Assembly (NCBI GenBank): GCA_016839705.1
Contig: JAEOTR010000060.1
Coordinates: forward strand, 77,659 to 141,658
DNA: 64,000 bases
Direction of reading: 5' to 3'
Source of the DNA: Promethearchaeota archaeon
Lineage (GTDB): Archaea; Asgardarchaeota; Lokiarchaeia; Sigyniarchaeales; SOKP01
In this document: piece by piece, positions 40,216-49,582 of the stretch
How positions within the stretch are numbered: position 1 is the first letter of the stretch
Layout: each line of letters starts with the position of its first letter
The notes under the pieces: model-generated
What the model was told of the DNA's origin: nothing
Databases searched by the model: none
What the model saw: the letters and a program-made list of their open reading frames with translations, nothing else
Made by a program: the position numbers and the translations under genes

Positions 40216-41085
40216 ATGACAATCTACGAACTTAGTATCATCTCAACAACTGGGTTCCCATATTATAATAAGGTAATTAACCCTATACCTGAAGGAGTAA
40301 GAATTTTTCTTAGATTTTTTGATTTTTCCAGTGATAAATCCATTATCCATGACCAATTAGATTCCGATTCAAAATTTGATCTTACTGCCGGATTAATATC
40401 AGCTTTATTCGAATTTGCTCGCAATATAGATAAAAAAATTGTAAGACTTGAATTTAAAGCAAAGAAATCACCTAAAAATTCCAAAAAAGTAGAAGAAAAA
40501 AACAAAGAGAAAGGAGACGTATTGGTTACAGCCCAAACAGAATCATTTCTACTCCATAATTCAGTGCGTGAAAAGGTTAGATTAATTTATAAGAATTTTA
40601 TAAATGCTAAAGTTCCTCTCGACTCTGCGGATTCGATTATAAAAAATGAAGAGAATAAAATTATTGATATTTTAACAGATTCAAAAGCGAGAAAAACGAT
40701 TTCTAATCACCAAAGTGAACTTAAACATACCGCAAACAACTTCATGAGTGAAATGAAAGATTATGGTCTATGGGGAATATGCATAACGTCATTTGATCTA
40801 TCTCCTATAGTTGCATATGGCAAGAAATATTCCCTCAACCATGTCAATGAAATTTTAAGGCATATCAGCTATATCCCTGATATTGATCCTTTAGAATGGA
40901 TATATAGACAATCATTCTTTTCTGAGGAACAAATCCAAGTCTGCATTATCAAATCAGGCATAGGACCAACAATTGAAGATACATTATTCGAGCCCTATTT
41001 TTATCTACTATTTGCCGATCCTCAAAGTTATTTTGGAGAATTCCCTGCTAAACTGACTGCTGCGTTCAATAATATCCTTGGATAA
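40216..41085 (+). CDS. Hypothetical protein, possibly longin-like
   Basis: IYELSIISTTGFPYY and LTAGLISALFEFARNI patterns resemble the longin beta1-beta2/alpha1 region. Confidence 0.55.
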   Translation: MTIYELSIISTTGFPYYNKVINPIPEGVRIFLRFFDFSSDKSIIHDQLDSDSKFDLTAGLISALFEFARNIDKKIVRLEFKAKKSPKNSKKVEEKNKEKGDVLVTAQTESFLLHNSVREKVRLIYKNFINAKVPLDSADSIIKNEENKIIDILTDSKARKTISNHQSELKHTANNFMSEMKDYGLWGICITSFDLSPIVAYGKKYSLNHVNEILRHISYIPDIDPLEWIYRQSFFSEEQIQVCIIKSGIGPTIEDTLFEPYFYLLFADPQSYFGEFPAKLTAAFNNILG

Positions 41086-41112
41086 AAAACCTAAAATTCA
41101 AGAGATATAAGA

Positions 41113-41883
41113 CTATTGAATACTTTTCTCAGCAGCTTGCACTATCTCAGCTAGGGACTCTGATTGAAGTGAAGCCCCACCAACTAAACCACCATCAATA
41201 TTCTCTTTGCTAAATAGGATTTCAGCATTTTGTGGCTTTATTGACCCACCATATTGTATCCTTACTGAATCTGCGGTCTCTTGGTTATATTTTTGAGAAA
41301 TTAATTCACGTATAAACATGTGAATCTCCTCTGCCTGCTCAGGAGTCGCTGTTTTTCCTGTACCTATTGCCCAGATTGGTTCATATGCTATTACTGTTTG
41401 AATCATCTGATCTCTCGTAAGATCCTTAAAAGATCCCATCATTTGGTTTTCTATTACATCTTTGGTTCTTCCTGTTTCTCTTTCCTCTAGATGTTCACCA
41501 ATGCATACTATAGGTTTTAAACCAATCATTAAAGCTTTTTTCAATTTTTTATTAACTATTACATCTGATTCATTGAAAATATTTCTTCTTTCACTATGTC
41601 CAAGAATAATATATTCAACTCCAATTTCCTTTAAAAACTGTGGTGATATTTCCCCGGTAAAGGCTCCCTTTTCTTCATAATACATATTCTGAGCTCCAAG
41701 CTTAACATTTGTATCTTTTATAATTTCATAAGCACTTATCAATCCCGTAAATGGAGGTGCGATTACCACCTCAACATTTATTACATTTTTAATCAGAGGA
41801 ACGAAATCAATCAACATTTCTTTCGATTCTTTCGGTGTACCTCTATTCATCTTCCAATTTCCCCCAATTATTGGTTTTCTCAA
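41113..41883 (-). CDS. tpiA: Triosephosphate isomerase
   Basis: GGNWKMN, GAFTGEIS, LGHSERR, AYEPIWAIGTG, YGGS, LVGGASL; start TTG 41883 behind GAGG. Confidence 0.96.
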   Translation of the reverse strand: MRKPIIGGNWKMNRGTPKESKEMLIDFVPLIKNVINVEVVIAPPFTGLISAYEIIKDTNVKLGAQNMYYEEKGAFTGEISPQFLKEIGVEYIILGHSERRNIFNESDVIVNKKLKKALMIGLKPIVCIGEHLEERETGRTKDVIENQMMGSFKDLTRDQMIQTVIAYEPIWAIGTGKTATPEQAEEIHMFIRELISQKYNQETADSVRIQYGGSIKPQNAEILFSKENIDGGLVGGASLQSESLAEIVQAAEKSIQ

Positions 41884-42005
41884 CTTCTTTAACCTCAAAA
41901 TATTTTTAAATATTAAAAATACCAATTTTCGTTATTTATCAATTAAGATACAGAGACTATTAAACTCTCACGAAAAATTTAAAAAATATAATCAAAAAGA
42001 AAGAG

Positions 42006-42515
42006 CTAAGATAATTCAGATTTAGGAAGTTTTTCAGGTAGTTTAGTGGCTTCTAAGAGCTTTTTTACTTCATCCATATCAGGAGCCATTATCTCTGGCA
42101 AACCTAATTGTGTACGCCTTCTTTCTATAGCAGGTTGCATTGGAATTGCTTTTCCATGCTCTAACACTGTTGAAGCTTGACCTGTATAATGAACAGGTGC
42201 TTCACCTCTCTCTACACTCATATTTTTTAAAAGTGTAAAGATCTCTGTTAGCTCAACTTTTTGAGGACATACTTCATCACACGTGTCACATACAGTACAT
42301 CCCCAAATATTAAAAGCATTCTCTGGTCCAAATATTTTCTCTTTAAGACCTAATAGGGCATCTAAAATTAACCGCCTCGGGTTGTATCTACCCTCAGTAA
42401 CCTGCGCTACCGGACATGCTCCACTACAAGTTGCACATTGATAACAATATGCTAATGTATTACCAATCTCATTTCCAAGAATTTGGTTTCTGAAATCAAA
42501 ATCTATAGTTGCCAT
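42006..42515 (-). CDS. hdrC: Heterodisulfide reductase subunit C-like 2x[4Fe-4S] protein
   Basis: CYQCATCSGACP, YNPRRLI, IWGCTVCDTCDEVCPQ, RRTQLGLP. Confidence 0.88.
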   Translation of the reverse strand: MATIDFDFRNQILGNEIGNTLAYCYQCATCSGACPVAQVTEGRYNPRRLILDALLGLKEKIFGPENAFNIWGCTVCDTCDEVCPQKVELTEIFTLLKNMSVERGEAPVHYTGQASTVLEHGKAIPMQPAIERRRTQLGLPEIMAPDMDEVKKLLEATKLPEKLPKSELS

Positions 42516-42921
42516 ATGAATTGATCTGTTTATCTTATTATTATCTAGTATAACTTATTGTCGATTTTAAAATTAATTCTTTTAAAATTTAGTTTTAAAA
42601 TTAGTAAATTCACTTCATTTGCAGAAGTTTCAACTCTGATTGTTTCAAGTAATCTAATGATAAAATATCTATCAAAAATTGTTGCTTCAATGCTTATTTA
42701 CACTTTCGTGTAATGTTATTCTTAACACATGAGATAAGGTATTATTTTAGTTAGAAGTTCCAGTATTATTGTTAAATAGATCGGTACCTGCATTACTTTA
42801 TCGCGATTTTTGAACTTTATGCTCTTTTCAGCACACACATTTATAGTTAGAGTTTTTATTTATTAATTAACAATTTTGTATATTTTTTCTTAAAAATCTA
42901 TTCAAAACACTGAGTAAAAGA

Positions 42922-43626
42922 TTGCCAGGTATGATAAAAGAAGTAATAATACGTGTATCTGAAAAATTTATTATAGTTATTATTTCCATCTTTTTGTATG
43001 TACCAATAATAGTTGGTATTTTATCACCAATGTTAATATTCTTCCCACTTGATCTTTATATTTCTTGGTCATTAATCGGAGATAGGCTGTGGATGTGGGG
43101 TTATTATCTAATTCCTTCACACTCACTTACTCTGGTAATCTCGATTGAAGCGTTTCTATTTTGCTTTGGATTAGGATTACTTCTATCTGGGTTATTTACC
43201 TTGGTAAAAGAAAAAATAAAGGGAGTTGGGTTGGTTAAGACCGGAATATATAAATATTTTCGACACCCGCAGAATTTAGGCATTGTCCTAATGGTGCTCC
43301 CATTCGCAATATACGTTCCAGGATTCAGAGATATTGGAATTAGAATGGGCGAGATAGCATCTTGGCTATATTTTGCCTTCTTTATGTGCCTCTATTCTTT
43401 TTATGAGGAATGGCGTTTATCAAGAAAATATGAAAATGAATACCTAGAATATTATGGAAAAACAGGACACTTCATTCCTAAAATAAAAGATAAAAAAACT
43501 GAAACTCCACCAAGAATAAATTTCCTAAAGAAAATTCTAATAACAGTTTTAGTATACGTGTCCTTTTATTTTCTACTCGACTTGATAATACGATTATTCT
43601 TTGATTTAATAATCTATTACAAATAA
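42922..43626 (+). CDS. Isoprenylcysteine carboxyl methyltransferase / phospholipid methyltransferase family membrane protein
   Basis: LVKTGIYKYFRHPQNLG, EEWRL...EYLEY...FIP; several TM helices. Confidence 0.8.
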   Translation: MPGMIKEVIIRVSEKFIIVIISIFLYVPIIVGILSPMLIFFPLDLYISWSLIGDRLWMWGYYLIPSHSLTLVISIEAFLFCFGLGLLLSGLFTLVKEKIKGVGLVKTGIYKYFRHPQNLGIVLMVLPFAIYVPGFRDIGIRMGEIASWLYFAFFMCLYSFYEEWRLSRKYENEYLEYYGKTGHFIPKIKDKKTETPPRINFLKKILITVLVYVSFYFLLDLIIRLFFDLIIYYK

Positions 43627-43900
43627 AACATAGGTTTGATTTTTTCTGGTGTAATTTCATACAAATAACCGATAATATTTGTAAAGGAGTAAGCCGAAAT
43701 GCTGCTGTTGAATATATAAAGGAAATGAGTTTATGGGAAATTCAACAATAGTACTGGGTAACAATGTTAAGTTTCTAAATATCAGTCTCATCAGTATTAA
43801 ATTCATTTAATTTAAATATTATAATTGTATAAAGAATATCTTGAAGGGTAAAACTATATCGAGTATTATTAAGTAAGTATGTTAAAAAAAAAAAATTTGT

Positions 43901-46003
43901 ATGCCATCCCAGAAATTAAGTTTATTAAGCTTAGTAAGGTATACCAAGAACGAACTTCTACTTGAATCGTTCCTACAGGCAAAAGGTGAACATCGATATA
44001 GGATTTTAGAAAGATATAAAAAGAAAGGGCGTTCACTCAAACTTAAAGTAATAATTACTAAAATCATATATGCGGTTATATTTGGCATTCTTCCTATAAT
44101 GCCATTATTAACTTATTTTCAAATTATCGAAAACCTTATAGAAAGTCCTGTTTCAATTGAAAGTATAATATTTTTTGGAAGTATTCTCTTTACATTGTAT
44201 TTTAGTCTACAATTTTTTAATTTCTTTCTAATGGGGCTATTAGAATCTGGTATGATAATGTCTGGTATTATCTTTCGTTGGCTTGAAACTTTGCCAATTT
44301 CAAGAGATAAATTACACAAATTAGCTTATTTAACTATATTCCGAAGTTTTGATATCCCGATGATTGTAATTGTATTAGGGTTTCCAATTGCAATACTCGT
44401 TGGAACTCAGAACATCCTAATTTTTTTTGTAGCTTTAGGTATTTCACTCTTAAATATTATTTTTTCCTTTAATCTTCTTATTATTTTTGGAGAAAGACTC
44501 AATTGTGTCTTAGATTTTAACAAAGGTAGTTCGAAACGATCACTTTTAATTAGGTTGTTTCATATCCTGAGTTATTTAATAGTAATTCTTGGAAGCATAT
44601 ATATAATCCAGTGGGTTTTTAGCTCACTTGATGAGATTTTTCGATTAATTATAGAACTCGAATACCCTTCAATGGTAAATCTTATTCTTAGCATGATACC
44701 ATATCCCTTCAATCCAAGTTATTTATTCTCAAGAATTATTACATTTAATCAAGGTTCTTTAGAATCCTGGGTCAGTATCTTTATTGGTTTAGGGCTATTT
44801 ATAATTCTAACCTGGTGGAGTCATCTAAAAGCATCAAAAACACTTAAAAAAATCACATATACGAAATATCGAAATACTAATAAAGATGGTCGTTCAGAAT
44901 TAGTAGGAAATGAAATTCACATTAGGATTAAAACTCACTCTCCAATTGAAGCATATTTACGTAAAGATTTATCCGCAGCTTCACACGATCTTAAAACACT
45001 TCTATCTATGATAATGCCTATAATCCTCTCATGTATTTTTTCCTTTTCCTTTAATATTGGTAATATGGGAGTTGCGATTTTATTAGAAAGAGATCTATTT
45101 TATAATTGGGTGGGTATATTGTTTTTTAGTCCAGTAATATCCAGTATGCTAGTATATGGGGTATTAAATATAGAGATATCCGGTAAATCTGTTATGGCAT
45201 CGCTACCGATCAATCCTCGAGAACAAGCAATTGCAAAATTTGAATTATTAATAATTCTTCAAACACTTGCAGTATTTACTCCTCTCTTGATATATATAAA
45301 TACAGACAAATTTCTTCTTTTACTCTTCACAGTATTATTAACTCTACCTACAGTATGGGTATATATAGTTTTAACTTTTGAATTAAGAGTTCTCTATTTT
45401 GGTAAATTTAAAAACCATTATGTAGTTGATGAAGTTAATCCAGAAAGTAGGAGTTTTAAATGGATTTTAATCTTGTGTATTCAAGATATTATCTCTTTCT
45501 GGCAAATCTCAGTCTTAATTACATTTTATTTAAATCAGCAATTTCTTAATTCATTAATTTTCTCCTTTTTTGCAGTAGATTTAATAGGATTCCTAAGCGT
45601 TGTTGTTTTATTTGAAAAAATTTTCCCAGATCTTCCAGCATTCAAAACAATTCCCATATTTCAATACGATTTCCAAAATTTGCCCAAATATACATTAGAT
45701 GCAAAACTTACCACGCTTCCTTCAGCTGAGAAAGCACAAATAATTAAAGAAATGAATAAAAATCCCGATGTATATTCTGATAAGATAAAAGAGAAAATTG
45801 ACCTAGGAAATAAATTAATGAAACAAGAAAAATTCGATGAATCAATACATGAATTTCAAATTGCTTTAACTCTTATTAAAGAGAAATTTAACATTTTACC
45901 CGATACAATAAGAAATAGGTTTAATGAGGGAAACGAAATTAGAGAAATTTATAGTTTAATTAATCAATTGGAAATTAATAAAATTAAAAACAAGGAGCAA
46001 TAA
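43901..46003 (+). CDS. Multi-pass membrane protein (ABC-exporter permease-like) with helical C-terminal tail
   Basis: About 13 TM segments, two LxxLPI motifs (LETLPIS, MASLPIN), TPR-like end. Confidence 0.65.
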   Translation: MPSQKLSLLSLVRYTKNELLLESFLQAKGEHRYRILERYKKKGRSLKLKVIITKIIYAVIFGILPIMPLLTYFQIIENLIESPVSIESIIFFGSILFTLYFSLQFFNFFLMGLLESGMIMSGIIFRWLETLPISRDKLHKLAYLTIFRSFDIPMIVIVLGFPIAILVGTQNILIFFVALGISLLNIIFSFNLLIIFGERLNCVLDFNKGSSKRSLLIRLFHILSYLIVILGSIYIIQWVFSSLDEIFRLIIELEYPSMVNLILSMIPYPFNPSYLFSRIITFNQGSLESWVSIFIGLGLFIILTWWSHLKASKTLKKITYTKYRNTNKDGRSELVGNEIHIRIKTHSPIEAYLRKDLSAASHDLKTLLSMIMPIILSCIFSFSFNIGNMGVAILLERDLFYNWVGILFFSPVISSMLVYGVLNIEISGKSVMASLPINPREQAIAKFELLIILQTLAVFTPLLIYINTDKFLLLLFTVLLTLPTVWVYIVLTFELRVLYFGKFKNHYVVDEVNPESRSFKWILILCIQDIISFWQISVLITFYLNQQFLNSLIFSFFAVDLIGFLSVVVLFEKIFPDLPAFKTIPIFQYDFQNLPKYTLDAKLTTLPSAEKAQIIKEMNKNPDVYSDKIKEKIDLGNKLMKQEKFDESIHEFQIALTLIKEKFNILPDTIRNRFNEGNEIREIYSLINQLEINKIKNKEQ

Positions 46004-46192
46004 CCAAATTTTCGTCAATCTTCTTCACTTACTAACTTTTTTAAACGAACTAATCTAACTATTTAGAACATCTTAAGAAACAATAACTAGATTTTTTAAT
46101 TGTGGTTATTTGGAAATACTTTGTCTTAGGGTAAGTGACTATTCTGGAACCTGCTACTGATAATAAAAAAGAAAAGAAAAAAAGAAAAAATT

Positions 46193-46297
46193 TCAGATTT
46201 ATTAAGGATGGTTTACCTTTCGAAGGTTCCCCATCCCATCTCACTGTGATTTATGCATTTTTTGATTTCTTATGATATACTAAAATGATTTCATCAT
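46193..46297 (-). ncRNA. Candidate small RNA (box C/D-like ends, internal GC-rich hairpin)
   Basis: Minus strand: ATGATGA at 46297-46291, hairpin GGATGG-GGA-ACCTTCGAAAGGT-AAA-CCATCC at 46236-46206, CTGA at 46196-46193, then a long T-rich tract. Confidence 0.3.
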
Positions 46298-46409
46298 TAA
46301 AATCCATTTATAAATTCTAAATAAAACCAATAAAAGCAATTAAATATTTATTCCCACAATTATATAACAAAAACAAAAATAATTGTAAAACACACAAAAT
46401 TGAATTATC

Positions 46410-46796
46410 ATGACAAAAATAGAAGAACTCCAAGAATTTGGACTTGAAATCACCGATGACCTAAAAGAAGGCAAGGTTATCCTCGATGTATACACTGAAA
46501 TTTGAGTGAATATATCACTCAAACAGGATTGGTGTGGACCTTGCAAATTTGTTAGCCCTGTTCTAGAGAAACTGAAGAATGAAGGATTAATTAAGTTATT
46601 GAAAGAGGACTTAGATAAAAATCGACCACTCGGCGAAAGATTTGGAATTACTGCCATACCAACATTGCTTTTTTTCAAAAATGGTGAACTCTTAAACCAC
46701 CCGATAGAAGTTCAGGGCCAAATGCTAGTAAGAAATGGTGTGATGGTGGGGGCTGCCGGGGAGCCTATTTTAAGACAAATTATTGACCAGATGTAG
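46410..46796 (+). CDS. trxA: Thioredoxin, split by a putative 30-nt intron (exons 46410-46499 and 46530-46796; 118 aa spliced)
   Basis: Spliced frame reads MTKIEELQEFGLEITDDLKEGKVILDVYTE-WCGPCKFVSPVLEKL...FGITAIPTLLFFKNG; unspliced frame has TGA at 46503. Confidence 0.85.
46500..46529 (+). other. Putative tRNA-endonuclease-type (relaxed bulge-helix-bulge) intron in thioredoxin mRNA
   Basis: ACTG-AA/A-TTTGAGTGA-ATATA-TCACTCAAA-CAGG-AT/T: perfect 9-bp inner stem, 3-nt bulges, central ACTG:CAGG helix with one mismatch; removal restores the active-site context. Confidence 0.75.
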
Positions 46797-46871
46797 AATT
46801 TGGAAGGAATACATTACTTTTTTATTTCATTTTTTTATTTAAGTAAAAGGAATCTCATTTTAGCAAATTGA

Positions 46872-47120
46872 TCATCCCTTTCTTAGTAAGGTCGTAACTT
46901 TTCTATAATCTGCATCATTTTCAGTAATAACCGTTTTCAGGGCTTGAAATTTGTAGTGAAGCTTTGAGTTGTCTTCAGATTTTATCAATTTCTCAATTGA
47001 GTTAAGTTTGGAATTCAATTTTTTTCTAATTTTCCTTAATCTATAAGTTTCATATAGAAGATCTAATTGATTATAATCTTCAATTCTCTGAATTGGCTCT
47101 TTAAATTTAATTTCTGTCAT
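46872..47120 (-). CDS. Small hypothetical protein (helical)
   Basis: 82-aa ATG-initiated ORF in otherwise unoccupied space. Confidence 0.5.
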   Translation of the reverse strand: MTEIKFKEPIQRIEDYNQLDLLYETYRLRKIRKKLNSKLNSIEKLIKSEDNSKLHYKFQALKTVITENDADYRKVTTLLRKG

Positions 47121-47221
47121 TTTTTTGGTTAGAAATATTTCAGTGATAAAGAATAAATTCTTGTATATTTAAACAAAAAAAAAGAGAATTTTTTATATAT
47201 AAAAAAATAATTAAAAAAGGT

Positions 47222-47467
47222 TTGAAGTTTAAGATTTTTGTTGAAACGCAAGAAAATGAAGTTTATAAAATACGGATGAGAAGGAGTAAGCAACCAACGA
47301 AAATTCAAAAAGAAATAGTAAGTAAGATAAGCTCATATAAAACTGATAAGAAGTTTAATTCTGTTGAGATTCAATTGGAACTCCATGAAAAATTATTAGA
47401 TATTTATTTAATGCACTCTGACAGGCAAACTAAAACACTTTTAGATTTTAAGTCTATTGCTAAATAA
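47222..47467 (+). CDS. Small hypothetical protein
   Basis: 81-aa ORF with TATA-like TTTATATA upstream. Confidence 0.5.
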   Translation: MKFKIFVETQENEVYKIRMRRSKQPTKIQKEIVSKISSYKTDKKFNSVEIQLELHEKLLDIYLMHSDRQTKTLLDFKSIAK

Positions 47468-47582
47468 GAATATAATTCTTCTTAGTATAACATTGTTAGT
47501 ATAAATCATACGAATAATCTGTTAAAACGGTTACAAATTTTTTATTTAATGCTATTTTTTCAATATTAAATTAAACATAGGA

Positions 47583-48110
47583 TTGCATAATAGAAAGATG
47601 AATTATACAAGGGCAGATTTAACGCAAACGGATGCAACCATGAACCAGATGAGAAATGCTGTGTATGAGTTAGCTCGATTCATGGAGAAAAATGGGATAG
47701 CAGATTTAAAGAATAAATTAAGGAAGATGGGAAGAAATATTGCCAGAACCTACGTTCGATACTGGAAACCAACAAATCAAGTTATTGACTCCAATTTAAA
47801 AGACGTAATTACAACTATTTATCAAAAAATTCTCAACAGTTCTGTTTCTATTGAAGTTGTTGATAATGAAAATTTGGTTAAAGTTCAAGATTATAAATGT
47901 GCTTTATGCAAATATCAGTACGATGATATAGAAATAGCAGGGTGTGAGATTATCTTAGGAATGGTGTCTGAAATCATAAACCTTATCAATGGTGAAGTTA
48001 AAAATACCTCTTCTGTATTTATAGAACCATTAGAAGTAGCAGAATCTCGAGCATATGGGAATAAAGTCTGTATTCAAGTATACAAATACAAAATTGGTGA
48101 GGGGAGTTAG
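47583..48110 (+). CDS. V4R/TRAPP-Bet3-like domain protein
   Basis: LRKMGRNIA helix, CALC, GCEIILGMVSE, EVAESRAYGNKVC; start may be ATG 47598. Confidence 0.65.
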   Translation: MHNRKMNYTRADLTQTDATMNQMRNAVYELARFMEKNGIADLKNKLRKMGRNIARTYVRYWKPTNQVIDSNLKDVITTIYQKILNSSVSIEVVDNENLVKVQDYKCALCKYQYDDIEIAGCEIILGMVSEIINLINGEVKNTSSVFIEPLEVAESRAYGNKVCIQVYKYKIGEGS

Positions 48111-48112
48111 AA

Positions 48113-49582
48113 ATGGGTGCTTTTCAATGGTTAATGAAAAAAATTACGAAGGTTTTTGGGCATTCTACTAACGCTCTTTTTTACACACTGCTTTATAGGG
48201 AAATTCTTAAGGAAATAAACGTGATTACTAATAAAGAGGAAGATAGTCTTGCAATCCTTAAAGAAATTGGCAAGAGAGCTGCATACGAATCATGTGAACG
48301 CCATTCAAGCATCTTTAAATTTATGCCAGGATCTCCTAAAAAGATCTTAGAATATTTTGAGATTCTATGGGTCGTTGTATTTGGAAGAGAGTTAGACGAT
48401 TATTCTTATGAAGAAATTTCTAAAGAGGATTCAAAGTATAATGATTATATTTTAAGTATTAGCAAGTGTCCTATATGTGCAGGTTATGGTCAAGATACTG
48501 AAGATACTTTTGATTTTAGTAAAACAAAAAATGAGAAAACAGAAGGTTTAGCGTGTGGATTATGTGGGATGCTGGAAAGTGTTGCTAATTTTATACTAAA
48601 AATAAAGAGAAATGATTATAGAATTCAAATAATTGAACAAGACTGTATAGCAAAGGGTGGAGATTCACTACAATTTGTCTGTAAAATATATGACTATAAT
48701 CAATGGAAAGAACTTATGGATTCAAAGGATCCCCAGAAAGTTACAATAGACGCTTATTTTGGAGAACGGTTGGAAGAAGAAATTGTGCAAGAAACCAAAC
48801 TTGATATTATTGATAAACTCCAAGATGTTATATCAATTGATAAACTAGAAGAATACCTTGATGAGCCACTTGAAACCATCAAGGAACGTGTTTCTGATAT
48901 TATTAGAGATAAATTGAACATGGAACCTGACCATTTTTTTGACTATTTTAGAAATTATGAGGATGATATGATTAGAATAATTGGATATCTAGGAATTCAT
49001 CTTCTAAACGAGTATGGTGGAATATTAGAAAAATCTCTCAAAAATGAATGGCTTGCTAAAGTTTTTGGATATTTATTTAAGCAAGTTAAAGAAATGGTTT
49101 TATTATTCATTCCGTTAGATGTGATCCGAGATTACAATGAATTACTCGTAAATTTTCTAGAAGGGATGGCGCCAGAAGAAATGATTGATAATATTAAACA
49201 GATTACAGGAAGGGATACAATAAATTTGATTTTTGAGGGAGCCCAAATGGCTCTTGAAAATTTAGGAATTGCGTTCACTGAATTAAAAGAAAATGTGTGG
49301 GAAGAATTAAAGAAAGAAAGAGAAGATGGATTAGTTTCATCTGATTCAACCACAGTTGATAAAACTCGCGAAAGAGTCCCACATATTATCAATATACTTC
49401 AAGAAATTTTAATGATAATTACTGATATTCTCACTTTACCAATTCGTGTTTTAATTTCTGAAAGCCATTACGGGTTAAAAGCTGCAATAAATTCAGTTAT
49501 ATCTGAAGAAGAAGGATTATATGGTTCAATAAGGGAACGGTTTGATAACATCTTTGATCAGATCGAAGAGATTAGAAAGTAA
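48113..49582 (+). CDS. V4R/TRAPP-Bet3-like domain fused to an acidic helical C-terminal region
   Basis: LKEIGKRAA, LWVVVFG, CPIC, ACGLCGMLE, EQDCIAKGGDS. Confidence 0.65.
   Translation: MGAFQWLMKKITKVFGHSTNALFYTLLYREILKEINVITNKEEDSLAILKEIGKRAAYESCERHSSIFKFMPGSPKKILEYFEILWVVVFGRELDDYSYEEISKEDSKYNDYILSISKCPICAGYGQDTEDTFDFSKTKNEKTEGLACGLCGMLESVANFILKIKRNDYRIQIIEQDCIAKGGDSLQFVCKIYDYNQWKELMDSKDPQKVTIDAYFGERLEEEIVQETKLDIIDKLQDVISIDKLEEYLDEPLETIKERVSDIIRDKLNMEPDHFFDYFRNYEDDMIRIIGYLGIHLLNEYGGILEKSLKNEWLAKVFGYLFKQVKEMVLLFIPLDVIRDYNELLVNFLEGMAPEEMIDNIKQITGRDTINLIFEGAQMALENLGIAFTELKENVWEELKKEREDGLVSSDSTTVDKTRERVPHIINILQEILMIITDILTLPIRVLISESHYGLKAAINSVISEEEGLYGSIRERFDNIFDQIEEIRK

Noticed and set aside
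43700-43765. Imperfect inverted repeat TGTTGAAT...ATTCAACA and a short open frame
   Set aside because: Weak AT-rich pairing, no BHB geometry and no recognisable product
46206-46236. Hairpin as SECIS element or known riboswitch
   Set aside because: Does not match the methanococcal or eukaryote-like SECIS cores, or the fluoride and c-di-GMP aptamers; no selenoprotein gene upstream on that strand
46059-46244. 61-aa minus-strand ORF
   Set aside because: Runs through a low-complexity T tract and overlaps the candidate RNA hairpin; not protein-like
46503-46505. In-frame TGA in thioredoxin read as selenocysteine
   Set aside because: It is not at a Cys-homologous position, both active-site Cys are normal codons, read-through would leave a 10-residue insert against the active site, and no convincing SECIS was seen downstream
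46497-46529. Translational bypassing (ribosome hop) over the hairpin
   Set aside because: No matched take-off and landing codons (GAA versus GAT), whereas bulge geometry predicts the junction exactly; kept only as a minor alternative
46506-46796. 96-aa GTG-initiated ORF as the complete thioredoxin
   Set aside because: It lacks the VILDVY strand, which is encoded in frame upstream of the stop, and its start is buried in the hairpin
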